From NCBI GenBank assembly GCA_965248835.1, contig CBDFLJ010000001.1:1632001-1696000 (forward strand): a DNA stretch of 64,000 nucleotides, in the 5' to 3' direction. The number at the start of each line of letters is the position of its first letter. Position 1 is the stretch's first letter. Position numbers and translations under genes: made by a program. Origin of the DNA: Alphaproteobacteria bacterium (GTDB lineage Bacteria > Pseudomonadota > Alphaproteobacteria > MPNO01). Positions 48,146 to 57,128 of this stretch are shown piece after piece. The notes under the pieces were generated by a model. It saw only the letters and a program-made list of their open reading frames with translations, had not been told where the DNA came from and did not search any database.

Positions 48146-49390
48146 TCAAAGGCAGCCGACGACCGCGCCGGTCATGCAGGTCGCGAGCATCCCCGAGACG
48201 ATCGAGCGCATGCCCAGCGCCACCACCTCGGCGCGGCGCTCGGGGCAGATCGTTGCCAGCCCGCCGATCATGATGCCGAGGCTGGCGAAATTCGCGAACC
48301 CGCACAGCGCATAGGTCATGATCAGCCGGCTGCGCTCGCTCAGCGCCTCGGCCGGGAGCTGTGCCATCTGGAAGTATGCCAGGAGTTCGTTGAGCACCAC
48401 CTTGACGCCGAGCAGCGCGCCGGCGGTCGCCGCCTCCGCGGCCGGGATCCCCATCAGCCAGGCCAGCGGCGCAAGCGCCTGGCCCAGGGCGCGCTCCAAT
48501 GTGATCGGCGCCCCGGCGATGTCCGGCAGCAGGCCCAGGATCGTATTGGCCAGGTGGACCAGGGCGACCACGACCACCAGCATCGCGACGACGGCCAGCA
48601 GAAGCTGCAGGCCCTCGAGCGTGCCGCGGGTGATCGCTTCCATTGCGCTCCGGTCCAGCCGCTCGAGCGCGGCGCGTTCCGGGATCTGACCGGCCGCGCC
48701 CGCCGGCACCATCACGCGGGCGATCAGGATCGCCGCCGGCGCGCTCATGATCGAGGCGCTCAGAAGATGGCCGGCAGGATCGGCGATGATCCCTTGCAGG
48801 AACGTGGCATAGAGGACCAGCACCGTGCCGGCGATGGTCGCCATGCCGACGGTCATGACCACGAACAGGTCGGCCCGACTCATCGCCGCCAGGTAGGGCC
48901 GGATCAGCAGCGGCGCCTCGATCATGCCGACGAACACGTTGGCGGCGCACGACAGGCTCGCCGGCCCGCCGAGCCGCATCGCCCGTTGCAGTGCCCAGGC
49001 GAGCGCGCCGACGACCGCCGGCAGGACGCGCCAGTGATAGAGCAGCGCCGAGGCGGCGCTGACCACCACCAGCAGCGGCAGGGCCTGGAAGGCGAGAATG
49101 AAACTCGATTCCGGCGCGCTCACCGCAAACGGCGCCGGCCCGCCGCCAAGATAGCCGAAGACGAAGGATGTCCCCGCCATGGTGGCGGCCTGCAGCGCGG
49201 CGACCGCGTGGTTGAGCAGGCCAAGCGCTTCGCGCACGACCGGCACTTTCAGGAGTACCAGCGCCAGGACGAACTGAAGCACGATACCGGCGAACACGCT
49301 GCGCCAAGGAAACGCCCGACGGTCCTCGCTGATCGCCCAGGCAAGCCCGACCATCACGGCGATGCCAAGCGCTGCCTGGAGGGCGTGCAC
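48146..49390 (-). CDS. concentrative nucleoside transporter (CNT/NupC family)
   Basis: GTSFVFG, ANVFVGMIEAP, GMATIAG, KVVLNE and ALCGFANFAS motifs. Confidence 0.9.
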   Translation of the reverse strand: MHALQAALGIAVMVGLAWAISEDRRAFPWRSVFAGIVLQFVLALVLLKVPVVREALGLLNHAVAALQAATMAGTSFVFGYLGGGPAPFAVSAPESSFILAFQALPLLVVVSAASALLYHWRVLPAVVGALAWALQRAMRLGGPASLSCAANVFVGMIEAPLLIRPYLAAMSRADLFVVMTVGMATIAGTVLVLYATFLQGIIADPAGHLLSASIMSAPAAILIARVMVPAGAAGQIPERAALERLDRSAMEAITRGTLEGLQLLLAVVAMLVVVVALVHLANTILGLLPDIAGAPITLERALGQALAPLAWLMGIPAAEAATAGALLGVKVVLNELLAYFQMAQLPAEALSERSRLIMTYALCGFANFASLGIMIGGLATICPERRAEVVALGMRSIVSGMLATCMTGAVVGCL

Positions 49391-49397
49391 GCTGGGC

Positions 49398-50219
49398 TCA
49401 GGCAAGCGCCATGGCGGCAACGGTGCAGCCGACCGCGAAGGTCGGGATCGCATCATAGTGCCAGATTTCGCCGGTGGCGCCCGCCGCGGCACCGGCGACC
49501 GCGATGAAGGTACGGATCTCGAAGCCGCCCTGGCCGCCGTGCCGGTAGGTGTCCTCATCGGTGTAGGACATCAGCGCCTCACGGTCGTTGGCGGCGAAGC
49601 GGGCGAGGAAGGTGCGGTCCCATTCCTCGTTGATCCGCCCCGAATCCGGGGTCGCCGGCCAGTGGGAGATCCCACCCGTACCGACCAGCGCGATCCGCTC
49701 GGGCACGGCATCGCATGCCCGGCGCAGCGCCTGGCCGAAGGCATAGGCGCGGCGGACCGGCGACAGCGGCGGCCCCTGGCAGTTGATGTTGGCCGGGATC
49801 ACGGCCAGGTCGTAGCGCGGCGTCAGAAAGTGCAGCGGCACCATGATCGCGTGGTCGAAGCGCCATTCCTCGGCATAGGCGACGTCGATGTCGTTGAGCA
49901 CCTGCTCGATCAGCCGGCGCGACAGGTCCGGTGCGCCGGGAATGGTCGCGGGCTTGATTGCCAGCCAGTCCGGATCCTCGATCGGGCCTTGGTAGGTCTC
50001 GGCCATGCCGATGGCGTAGGCCGGCATGTTATCCATGAAGAAATTGGCGAAATGCTCGGCCCCGACGACCATCAGGGCATCGGGCGCGCTGTCCTCGATT
50101 GCGGCGCGCATGCGTGCGAAGGCGGCGTGCAGCCGGGCGAGGCGATCGGGCGCGACGCGGCCGGCACGGCCGGTGATCCCCGGCGCGTGGCTGCAGGCGC
50201 CCGCGAAGACCAGGCTCAC
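49398..50219 (-). CDS. type II extradiol ring-cleavage dioxygenase, LigB-like catalytic subunit
   Basis: CSHAPG, EHFANFF, FDHAIMVPL, GTGGISHWP and GGFEIRTF motifs. Confidence 0.88.
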   Translation of the reverse strand: MSLVFAGACSHAPGITGRAGRVAPDRLARLHAAFARMRAAIEDSAPDALMVVGAEHFANFFMDNMPAYAIGMAETYQGPIEDPDWLAIKPATIPGAPDLSRRLIEQVLNDIDVAYAEEWRFDHAIMVPLHFLTPRYDLAVIPANINCQGPPLSPVRRAYAFGQALRRACDAVPERIALVGTGGISHWPATPDSGRINEEWDRTFLARFAANDREALMSYTDEDTYRHGGQGGFEIRTFIAVAGAAAGATGEIWHYDAIPTFAVGCTVAAMALA

Positions 50220-50527
50220 GGCACCGGGTCGGCGGCAAGGGTGTAGAGGCCGGCACGCACCGGGCCGTGTCGGCGCACGCCCTCGCGCATCGCCTCCAAG
50301 TAGTCGTCCCAGGCATAGCCGCGCAGCGCCGCGTAATGCATCAGCAGTTGTCCGTTGACCCCGAGCACATAGAGCAGGCCGATATCGGGCTGGCGCACCG
50401 CGCGGCGTTCCTCATCGGTCATCGGGTAGTCACGCAACAGGCCGTCGAAGTCGTCCTCGTAGCGCTCGCGCAGGTGGGGATCCCAGTTGAGCTGGTAGAT
50501 CAGCTTCTGAACGTAGTACAGGCTCAC
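50216..50527 (-). CDS. extradiol dioxygenase small subunit (LigA/CarBa-like)
   Basis: 103 aa, SLYYVQKLIYQL...TDEERRAV...LGVNGQLLMHY; stop overlaps the LigB-like start (GTGA). Confidence 0.8.
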   Translation of the reverse strand: MSLYYVQKLIYQLNWDPHLRERYEDDFDGLLRDYPMTDEERRAVRQPDIGLLYVLGVNGQLLMHYAALRGYAWDDYLEAMREGVRRHGPVRAGLYTLAADPVP

Positions 50528-50642
50528 TCGGCGATCCTGGCGAAAAACCCGGTGCCCCGCAACCGTTCGGCTGTGTTGACGGCGCGGCGAATCGCGCCTA
50601 CCTAACCCCCTTCCGGAACGGCAGGGTGAACGCACCGCGACC

Positions 50643-51167
50643 ATGGCGAAGCTGTCGATCATCACCGCCCCCGACCCACGCCTCAAGCTGGTCAGCGCGC
50701 CGGTCGAGACCGTCAACAGGGAGGTGCGCGCGCTGATCGACGACCTGCTGGAGACCATGTACGACGCGCCGGGAATCGGCCTCGCCGCCCCGCAGGTCGG
50801 CATCACCAAGCGGGTGCTCGTGGTCGACCTGACCCGCGCCGGGGAGGATCCCAACCCGATCAAGATGGTCAATCCGGAAGTGGTCTGGACCGCGCAGGAG
50901 ATCGTCTCCTACGAAGAAGGCTGCCTGTCGCTGCCCGAGCACTATGCCGAGGTCAGCCGCCCGGCGCGGGCGCGGATCCGCTACGTCGATCCGGACAATG
51001 TGGACCGGGAGATCGAGGTCGAGCAGATGCTGGCGACCTGCCTGCTGCACGAGATCGACCACCTCGACGGGACGCTGTTCGTCGATCACATCTCCAAGCT
51101 CAAGCGCGACATCATCCTGAAGAAGCTTGCCAAGGCCAAGCGCGCGGAGGCCAAGGCCCGCGCCTGA
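50643..51167 (+). CDS. def: peptide deformylase
   Basis: [15 protein letters not shown] and HEIDHLDG motifs. Confidence 0.97.
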   Translation: MAKLSIITAPDPRLKLVSAPVETVNREVRALIDDLLETMYDAPGIGLAAPQVGITKRVLVVDLTRAGEDPNPIKMVNPEVVWTAQEIVSYEEGCLSLPEHYAEVSRPARARIRYVDPDNVDREIEVEQMLATCLLHEIDHLDGTLFVDHISKLKRDIILKKLAKAKRAEAKARA

Positions 51168-51169
51168 CC

Positions 51170-52105
51170 ATGGATGGCCTGCGCACCGTCTTCATGGGCA
51201 CGCCGGAATTCGCGGTCGCCAGCCTGGATGCGCTGATCGCCGCCGGCCACGATGTCGCCTGCGTCTACACCAGGGCGCCCCGCCCGGCCGGGCGCGGGCA
51301 CAAGGAGCGGCCCTCGCCGGTGCACGCGCGCGCCGCGGCGGCCGAGATCGAGGTTCGCCACCCGCGCGGGCTGCGCGATTCCGGGGCGGCCGCGGCGTTT
51401 GCAAGGATCGGCGCCGACGTTGCCGTCGTCGCGGCTTACGGGCTGATTCTGCCGGCGCCGATCCTCGAGACGCCGCGGCTCGGCTGCCTCAACGTCCACG
51501 CCTCGCTGCTGCCGCGCTGGCGCGGCGCCGCGCCGATCCAGCGCGCAATCCTGGCCGGCGACCGAAAGACCGGCATCACCATCATGAAGATGGACGAGGG
51601 GCTCGATACCGGCCCGATGCTGGCCCGCTCCGAAATCGAGATCACCGCGCGGACCGATGCCGGCGAACTGCACGACCGCCTTGCCGGACTCGGCGCCCGG
51701 CTGCTGGTGGAGACCCTGGGCGGATATGCCGCCGGCAGGATCGCGCCGGTCGCCCAGCCCGGCGAGGGCATCACCCGCGCCGCCAGGATCGATCGCGCCG
51801 AAACGCGGATCGACTGGCACCGCCCCGCCGCCGAGGTCGACCGCCAGGTCCGCGCCTTCGCGCCCAGCCCGGGCGCGTGGTTCGAGACCGCCGGCCAGCG
51901 GGTACGGGTCCTAGCCGCCCACGTCGTCGATGCCGCCGCCGGCCGGCCGGGCACCGTGATCGACGAGGCCGCGACCGTGGCCTGCGTGGAAGGTGCGCTA
52001 CGGCTCGACCGCCTGCAGCGCCAGGGCCGGGGTCCGATGGATGCCGAATCCTTTCTGCACGGCTTCGCGCTCGCACCGGGAACTCGTCTCGGCGAGGAGC
52101 CGTGA
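51170..52105 (+). CDS. fmt: methionyl-tRNA formyltransferase
   Basis: [28 protein letters not shown] and MDEGLDTG motifs. Confidence 0.96.
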   Translation: MDGLRTVFMGTPEFAVASLDALIAAGHDVACVYTRAPRPAGRGHKERPSPVHARAAAAEIEVRHPRGLRDSGAAAAFARIGADVAVVAAYGLILPAPILETPRLGCLNVHASLLPRWRGAAPIQRAILAGDRKTGITIMKMDEGLDTGPMLARSEIEITARTDAGELHDRLAGLGARLLVETLGGYAAGRIAPVAQPGEGITRAARIDRAETRIDWHRPAAEVDRQVRAFAPSPGAWFETAGQRVRVLAAHVVDAAAGRPGTVIDEAATVACVEGALRLDRLQRQGRGPMDAESFLHGFALAPGTRLGEEP

Positions 52106-52842
52106 GGCGCTGGCGCATTACGGTCGAATATGATGGCGCCGGCTTCGTCGGCTGGCAGCGCCAAGCCAACGGCCCGTCGATCCAGGAGGCGATCGAGACC
52201 GCGATTTTCCGCTTCTCCGGGGAAAGCCCGCGGGTCTTCGGCGCCGGGCGAACCGATGCGGGCGTGCACGCAAGCGGCCAGGTCGCTCATTTCGATCTCG
52301 CGAAGGAGACCGAGGCCGATACCGTGGCCGATGCCCTGAACGCGCATCTGCGCCCTCATCCGATCGCCGTCCGCCAGGCGGCGCCGGCGGCGCCGGATTT
52401 TGATGCCCGTCTGTCGGCCATCGGCCGGTCCTATCGCTACCGCATCGTCAACCGGCGGGCGCCGCTCGCCCTGGAGCGCGGCCGCGCGTGGCTGGTCCGG
52501 GTCCCGCTCGACCACGCCGCGATGAGCCAAGCCGCCGAACGACTGGTGGGAAAGCATGATTTCTCAACCTTCCGCGCGCGCCTGTGCCAGGCGCGTTCGC
52601 CGGTGAGAACGCTCGACCGGCTGGATGTGCACCGCGAAGGCGAGGAGATCTTCATCGAGGCCGAAGCGCGGTCCTTCCTGCACCATCAGGTGCGCAACAT
52701 GGTCGGCACGCTCAAGCTGGTCGGCGAGGGCAAGTGGAGCCCCGACGATGTCGCGCTGGCGCTGGCCGCGCGCGACCGCGCCAGCGGCGGCCCCACCGCA
52801 CCGGCCGACGGCCTGTGTTTGACGGCGGTCCGTTACCCGTGA
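52102..52842 (+). CDS. truA: tRNA pseudouridine(38-40) synthase
   Basis: [21 protein letters not shown] and [12 protein letters not shown] motifs. Confidence 0.96.
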   Translation: MRRWRITVEYDGAGFVGWQRQANGPSIQEAIETAIFRFSGESPRVFGAGRTDAGVHASGQVAHFDLAKETEADTVADALNAHLRPHPIAVRQAAPAAPDFDARLSAIGRSYRYRIVNRRAPLALERGRAWLVRVPLDHAAMSQAAERLVGKHDFSTFRARLCQARSPVRTLDRLDVHREGEEIFIEAEARSFLHHQVRNMVGTLKLVGEGKWSPDDVALALAARDRASGGPTAPADGLCLTAVRYP

Positions 52843-52849
52843 CGGGACG

Positions 52850-53413
52850 TTACATGAAGCGGCCGGTCACGGCGTTCAGCACGACGCTGATCATCAGATT
52901 GAGGCCCACGATGACGGCCGCCGTCATACCGCTGACAGCCAAGGCGGTGCGGGCGACGAACCACTGATAAAACAGGATCGCCAAGGAGGCGCCGACGACC
53001 AGCACCATGCCCACGCCGGCCCCGAAAACGCCGCTCGCCAGGATCATCGCGCCCAGAAAGACCGCAATCTGGATGACAGCCGACCAGTTGTGGGCGGTGA
53101 TGTATAGCAGGTAGCGGTCGAAGCATCCGATACGGTCGCAGACATAGACCATCGCCAGTGGGAAGGCGATCCAATTGATGGTGTAGGCGATCGCCTCCAC
53201 CAGGATGATCTGCATCAGCCCGGCCTCGGTCTCGATCGCCGAAAGCCTGATCGCAGCGATGACCGCATAGGCCGGGGCCAGGATCACGGCGGCCTGGAAG
53301 GACTGCCAATAAGCTTCGACGGTGTCGTCGAATTGCTTCAGCCCGTCGGCATCCATCAACGCCAGCCGCCATGCGCCGTAAGCGGCGCGGGAGAATTCGG
53401 CGAGGCTCAACAT
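52850..53413 (-). CDS. hypothetical membrane protein
   Basis: 187 aa, about 5 TM; GAWRLA...YWQSF...NW pattern; co-oriented after dapE. Confidence 0.75.
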   Translation of the reverse strand: MLSLAEFSRAAYGAWRLALMDADGLKQFDDTVEAYWQSFQAAVILAPAYAVIAAIRLSAIETEAGLMQIILVEAIAYTINWIAFPLAMVYVCDRIGCFDRYLLYITAHNWSAVIQIAVFLGAMILASGVFGAGVGMVLVVGASLAILFYQWFVARTALAVSGMTAAVIVGLNLMISVVLNAVTGRFM

Positions 53414-53423
53414 CGGCTTGCCC

Positions 53424-54578
53424 TCAGCCTCCGAAATAGTCTTCGATCACCGCCTGGTAAATCTCGCTCAGCGCCGCGAGATCGGCAAGGCTCACGCGCT
53501 CGTCGATCTTGTGCATGGTCTGGCTGATCAACCCGAACTCTGCGACCTGGCAGTAATCCTTGATGAACCGCGCGTCCGATGTCCCACCGGTGGTGCTCAG
53601 CGCCGGCGTCATGCCGGTCTTGGCCTCGACCGCGCGGACCAGCAGGTCGCTGAACGGTCCGGGTGGCGTCAGGAACGATTCACCGCTCACATGGGTGTCG
53701 AGCGTGACCTCGCCGCCGATCTCCGCCAGGCGCTCCTCGACCCAGGCGATCAGGGACGCGCTGGTGTGGCGATCGTTGAAGCGGATGTTGAAGGCGGCGC
53801 GCGCGGCGCCCGGGATGACGTTGGTCGCTGCGTTGCCGACATCGATCGTGGTCAGTTGCAGGTCGGTCGGCTGGAAATGCTCGGTCCCCTCATCCAGCGC
53901 CGCGCCGCTCAGCGCGGCGAGCATGCGGACAAGGCGCGGCAGCGGGTTGTCGGCCAGATGCGGGTAGGCGGTGTGGCCCTGGACTCCGGGGACGGTGATC
54001 CAGCCCGACAGGCTGCCGCGCCGGCCGATCTTGATCATCTCGCCCAGCCGGGTCGGGTTGGTCGGCTCGCCCACCAGGCAGGCATCGGGCGTCTCGCCTC
54101 GCTCGGCCACCCAATCGAGCACCTTGGTGGTGCCGTTGATCGCCGGCCCCTCCTCGTCGCCGGTGATCAACAGGCTGATCGAGCCGGCGAACCCTTCGCC
54201 CGTGGCCGCGAGAAAACGCGAGACCGCACCGACGAAGGCCGCGACCGCACCCTTCATGTCGGTCGCGCCGCGGCCGTAGAGCACGCCGTCATGAATCTCC
54301 GCGCCGAACGGATCAACCGTCCAAGAGGTGAGATCGCCGACCGGAACGACATCGGTGTGGCCGGCGAAGCAGAAATGGGGCGCGCCCTCGCCGAGGCGCG
54401 CATAGAGGTTCTGGACGTCCTGCGTGCCCGGCTCGGAGAAGGTCAGCTTGTGGCACCGAAAGCCCAGCCTGTCGAGCGCCTCGGCCAGGGTGCCGAGCGA
54501 GCCGCCGTCCTCGGGCGTGACGCTCGGGCAGCGCATCAGCGCTCGGGCAAGCTCCAGGGGCTCGACGATCCCGCTCAA
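53424..54578 (-). CDS. dapE: succinyl-diaminopimelate desuccinylase
   Basis: [28 protein letters not shown] and TGGTSDARF; TTGA overlap with the dapD stop. Confidence 0.95.
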   Translation of the reverse strand: MSGIVEPLELARALMRCPSVTPEDGGSLGTLAEALDRLGFRCHKLTFSEPGTQDVQNLYARLGEGAPHFCFAGHTDVVPVGDLTSWTVDPFGAEIHDGVLYGRGATDMKGAVAAFVGAVSRFLAATGEGFAGSISLLITGDEEGPAINGTTKVLDWVAERGETPDACLVGEPTNPTRLGEMIKIGRRGSLSGWITVPGVQGHTAYPHLADNPLPRLVRMLAALSGAALDEGTEHFQPTDLQLTTIDVGNAATNVIPGAARAAFNIRFNDRHTSASLIAWVEERLAEIGGEVTLDTHVSGESFLTPPGPFSDLLVRAVEAKTGMTPALSTTGGTSDARFIKDYCQVAEFGLISQTMHKIDERVSLADLAALSEIYQAVIEDYFGG

Positions 54579-55432
54579 TCGCGCAGCAGCTCGTTGATCG
54601 AGGTCTTCGCCCGGGTGCCTTCGTCGACCTGCTTGACGATGACTGCGCAATACAGGCCCGGTCCCGGCGTGCCGTCGGCCAACGCCTTGCCGGGCAGCGC
54701 GCCGGGCACGACCACCGAATAGGCCGGCACGCGGCCGAAATGGACCTCGCCGGTCGCCCGGTCGACGATCTTGGTCGAGGCGCCGATGAAAACCCCCATC
54801 GACAGCACCGCGCCGCGCTCGACCAGCACGCCCTCGGCGATCTCCGAGCGGGCGCCGATGAAGCAGTCGTCCTCGATGATCACCGGATCGGCCTGGAGCG
54901 GCTCGAGCACGCCGCCGATCCCCGCGCCGCCCGAGATATGGCAGTTGCGCCCGATCTGCGCACACGACCCGACGGTGGCCCAGGTGTCGATCATCGTCCC
55001 GCCTTCGATACGGGCGCCCAGGTTGACGAAGCTCGGCATCAGAACGACGCCGGGCGCAATATAGGCCGACCGCCGGACGACGCAGTTGGGCACCGCGCGG
55101 AATCCCGCATCGCGGAAGCGCGCTTCGTCCCAACCGGCGAATTTGGGCGCGACCTTGTCGAACCAGGGCGCCTCGCCGCGCACCGGATCGACCGGCCCGC
55201 CGGACATCGGCGCCATGTCGTAGAGCCGGAAGGACAGAAGGACCGCCTTCTTGAGCCATTGGTTGACCCGCCAGACCTCGCCGTTCTTCTCGGCGACGCG
55301 AAACGTGCCGGCATCGAGCCCGTCGAGCGCGGTTTCGATCGCCGCACGGGTGCTCCCGCCGGTCCCGGGCGAGATCTGCTCCCTGTCCTCCCAGGCGGCA
55401 TCGATCGTCGATTGCAGATCTTGGTCGGTCAT
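54575..55432 (-). CDS. dapD: tetrahydrodipicolinate N-succinyltransferase
   Basis: [34 protein letters not shown] and [10 protein letters not shown] motifs. Confidence 0.97.
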   Translation of the reverse strand: MTDQDLQSTIDAAWEDREQISPGTGGSTRAAIETALDGLDAGTFRVAEKNGEVWRVNQWLKKAVLLSFRLYDMAPMSGGPVDPVRGEAPWFDKVAPKFAGWDEARFRDAGFRAVPNCVVRRSAYIAPGVVLMPSFVNLGARIEGGTMIDTWATVGSCAQIGRNCHISGGAGIGGVLEPLQADPVIIEDDCFIGARSEIAEGVLVERGAVLSMGVFIGASTKIVDRATGEVHFGRVPAYSVVVPGALPGKALADGTPGPGLYCAVIVKQVDEGTRAKTSINELLRD

Positions 55433-55492
55433 GACGGGCGGGGCCTCGATGGCGGGGAGCGGCGATGAAAATCCTCCCGCGGCGGCGCCGTG

Positions 55493-56185
55493 TCAACCTG
55501 GCGCGATCACGCCGTTGAGCCAGCCGGCAAGGTCCTCTGTCGCGTGGTGGATGTGGTCCCCGGGCGCCACGTCGCGGGCCCACGCGGCATCGGTGCGCCG
55601 CCAGACGGTGGTCATTCCCAGCGCCGCGGCCGGCTCCAGGTTGTGCGGGATGTCATCCAGCATCACCGTGCGGGCAGGATCGAAGCCGTAGAGGGCGCAC
55701 AGGTCGCGGTAGGTCTCGATGTGCGGCTTGGGCCGGTAGTCCATCGCCGCGATATCGTGGACCGCCTCGAAATATTCGCCCATCGACAGGTGGTCGAGGA
55801 CCGCCCGCGCGTGGCTGGCGAAGGCGTTGGTGAAAATCACCTTGCGGCCGTCGATCGCGGCCAGCGCGTCGCACAAGCCCTCGGTCGGGCGGATCTCGGT
55901 GATGTCGAGACCCGCCATCTGCCGCTCGTAGTCCGCCGGGTCGAGTCCGTGATTGACCATCAGCCCGCGCAGGGTCAGCCCGAACTGGCGGAAATAGGAC
56001 TTCTGGATGCGGCGGGCCTCGGCCGCATCGACCCCCAGGAAATCGGCGACGAAGGCACCCATGCGGCGATCGATCTCGGCATGCATCAACGGCGGGACGT
56101 CGTAGAGCGTGTTGTCCAGGTCGAAGACCCAGAAATCGATCGCGCCGAGGTCGGCGCCCCGGCGCTGGTCATCGAACCCGTTCAT
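55493..56185 (-). CDS. HAD-family pyrimidine 5'-nucleotidase
   Basis: [18 protein letters not shown] and MLDD..HNL motifs. Confidence 0.88.
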   Translation of the reverse strand: MNGFDDQRRGADLGAIDFWVFDLDNTLYDVPPLMHAEIDRRMGAFVADFLGVDAAEARRIQKSYFRQFGLTLRGLMVNHGLDPADYERQMAGLDITEIRPTEGLCDALAAIDGRKVIFTNAFASHARAVLDHLSMGEYFEAVHDIAAMDYRPKPHIETYRDLCALYGFDPARTVMLDDIPHNLEPAAALGMTTVWRRTDAAWARDVAPGDHIHHATEDLAGWLNGVIAPG

Positions 56186-56247
56186 GGGTCGCTATGTGGC
56201 CCAAGGCGCGCGCGCAGGCAAGAGCCCGCGCGCCGGGCCCATCCGAT

Positions 56248-56267
56248 CTGTTCGGAACATGCGCTAG
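56248..56267 (+). repeat. 20-nt junction motif, copy B
   Basis: CTGTTCGGAACATGCGCTAG, identical to 28627-28646; its CTA is the SDR stop codon. Confidence 0.8.
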
Positions 56268-57106
56268 ACACCCGGGCAGGTGGAGGTCACGCCGCCATCG
56301 ACCACCAGGGTCTGCGCGGTGACGTAGGATGCCTCGTCCGAAGCGAGATAGAGCGAGGCGTAGGCGACATCCCAGGCGGTGCCCATGCGGCCAATGGGCA
56401 CGATCGCATCCCGCGCCCTGCCGTATTCCTCCGCCGAGCTGTAGCCCTTGTAGGCGTATGACGGCTTGCCCTTGATGTCGCGGCGGGTGAACGGCGTGTC
56501 GATATAGCCCGGCAGGACACAGTTCGCACGGATCTTTTTCGATGCGTATTGCAGCGCGATGTTGCGGGTCAGCTCGTTGAGCGCACCTTTGCCGGTGGCA
56601 TAGGTGGTCATCGGCACGTTCAGGTGCCTGATCCCGCCGATCGAGGAGATGTTGACGATCGCCCCGCCGCCCTGGTCGGCCATGATCGGCACGATCGCCT
56701 TGCAGGTCAGGAACGCCGAGGTGACGTTGATGTCGAAGGTCTCGTACCAGTCCTCCTCGGTGACGGTATCGAGCGCCCGGCCGGGTCCGACGCCGCCGAC
56801 ATTGTTGTGCAGGACATCGATGCGGCCGCAGGCGGCGATGCAGGCCGCGACCATCGCGTCGACCTCGGCGGGCTTTGTGACGTCGGCCGCATGGGCCGCC
56901 GCCCAGCCGCCTTCGGCCTGGATGATGCCTGCCGTATCCTCGGCCGCCTCGATGTTGATGTCGACCGCGAACACCTTCGCGCCCTGGCGGCCATAGACCA
57001 CCGCCGTCGCCTTGCCGTTCCCCCAGCCCGGCCCCACCGAGCCGGCGCCGGTCACCAACGCGACCTTGCCCGCCAGCCGGTCACCCCGTTTCACCGCTTC
57101 GGACAT
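56264..57106 (-). CDS. short-chain dehydrogenase/reductase
   Basis: TGAGSVGPGWGNG, HNNVG, NISS, YATGK and PGYIDT motifs. Confidence 0.9.
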   Translation of the reverse strand: MSEAVKRGDRLAGKVALVTGAGSVGPGWGNGKATAVVYGRQGAKVFAVDINIEAAEDTAGIIQAEGGWAAAHAADVTKPAEVDAMVAACIAACGRIDVLHNNVGGVGPGRALDTVTEEDWYETFDINVTSAFLTCKAIVPIMADQGGGAIVNISSIGGIRHLNVPMTTYATGKGALNELTRNIALQYASKKIRANCVLPGYIDTPFTRRDIKGKPSYAYKGYSSAEEYGRARDAIVPIGRMGTAWDVAYASLYLASDEASYVTAQTLVVDGGVTSTCPGV

Positions 57107-57128
57107 CACGCCCTCCCCATCATTGACT

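Noticed and set aside
50576-50604. Promoter for def (TTGACG...CCTACCTA, possibly RpoH-type)
   Set aside because: -10 match too weak to assign without TSS data
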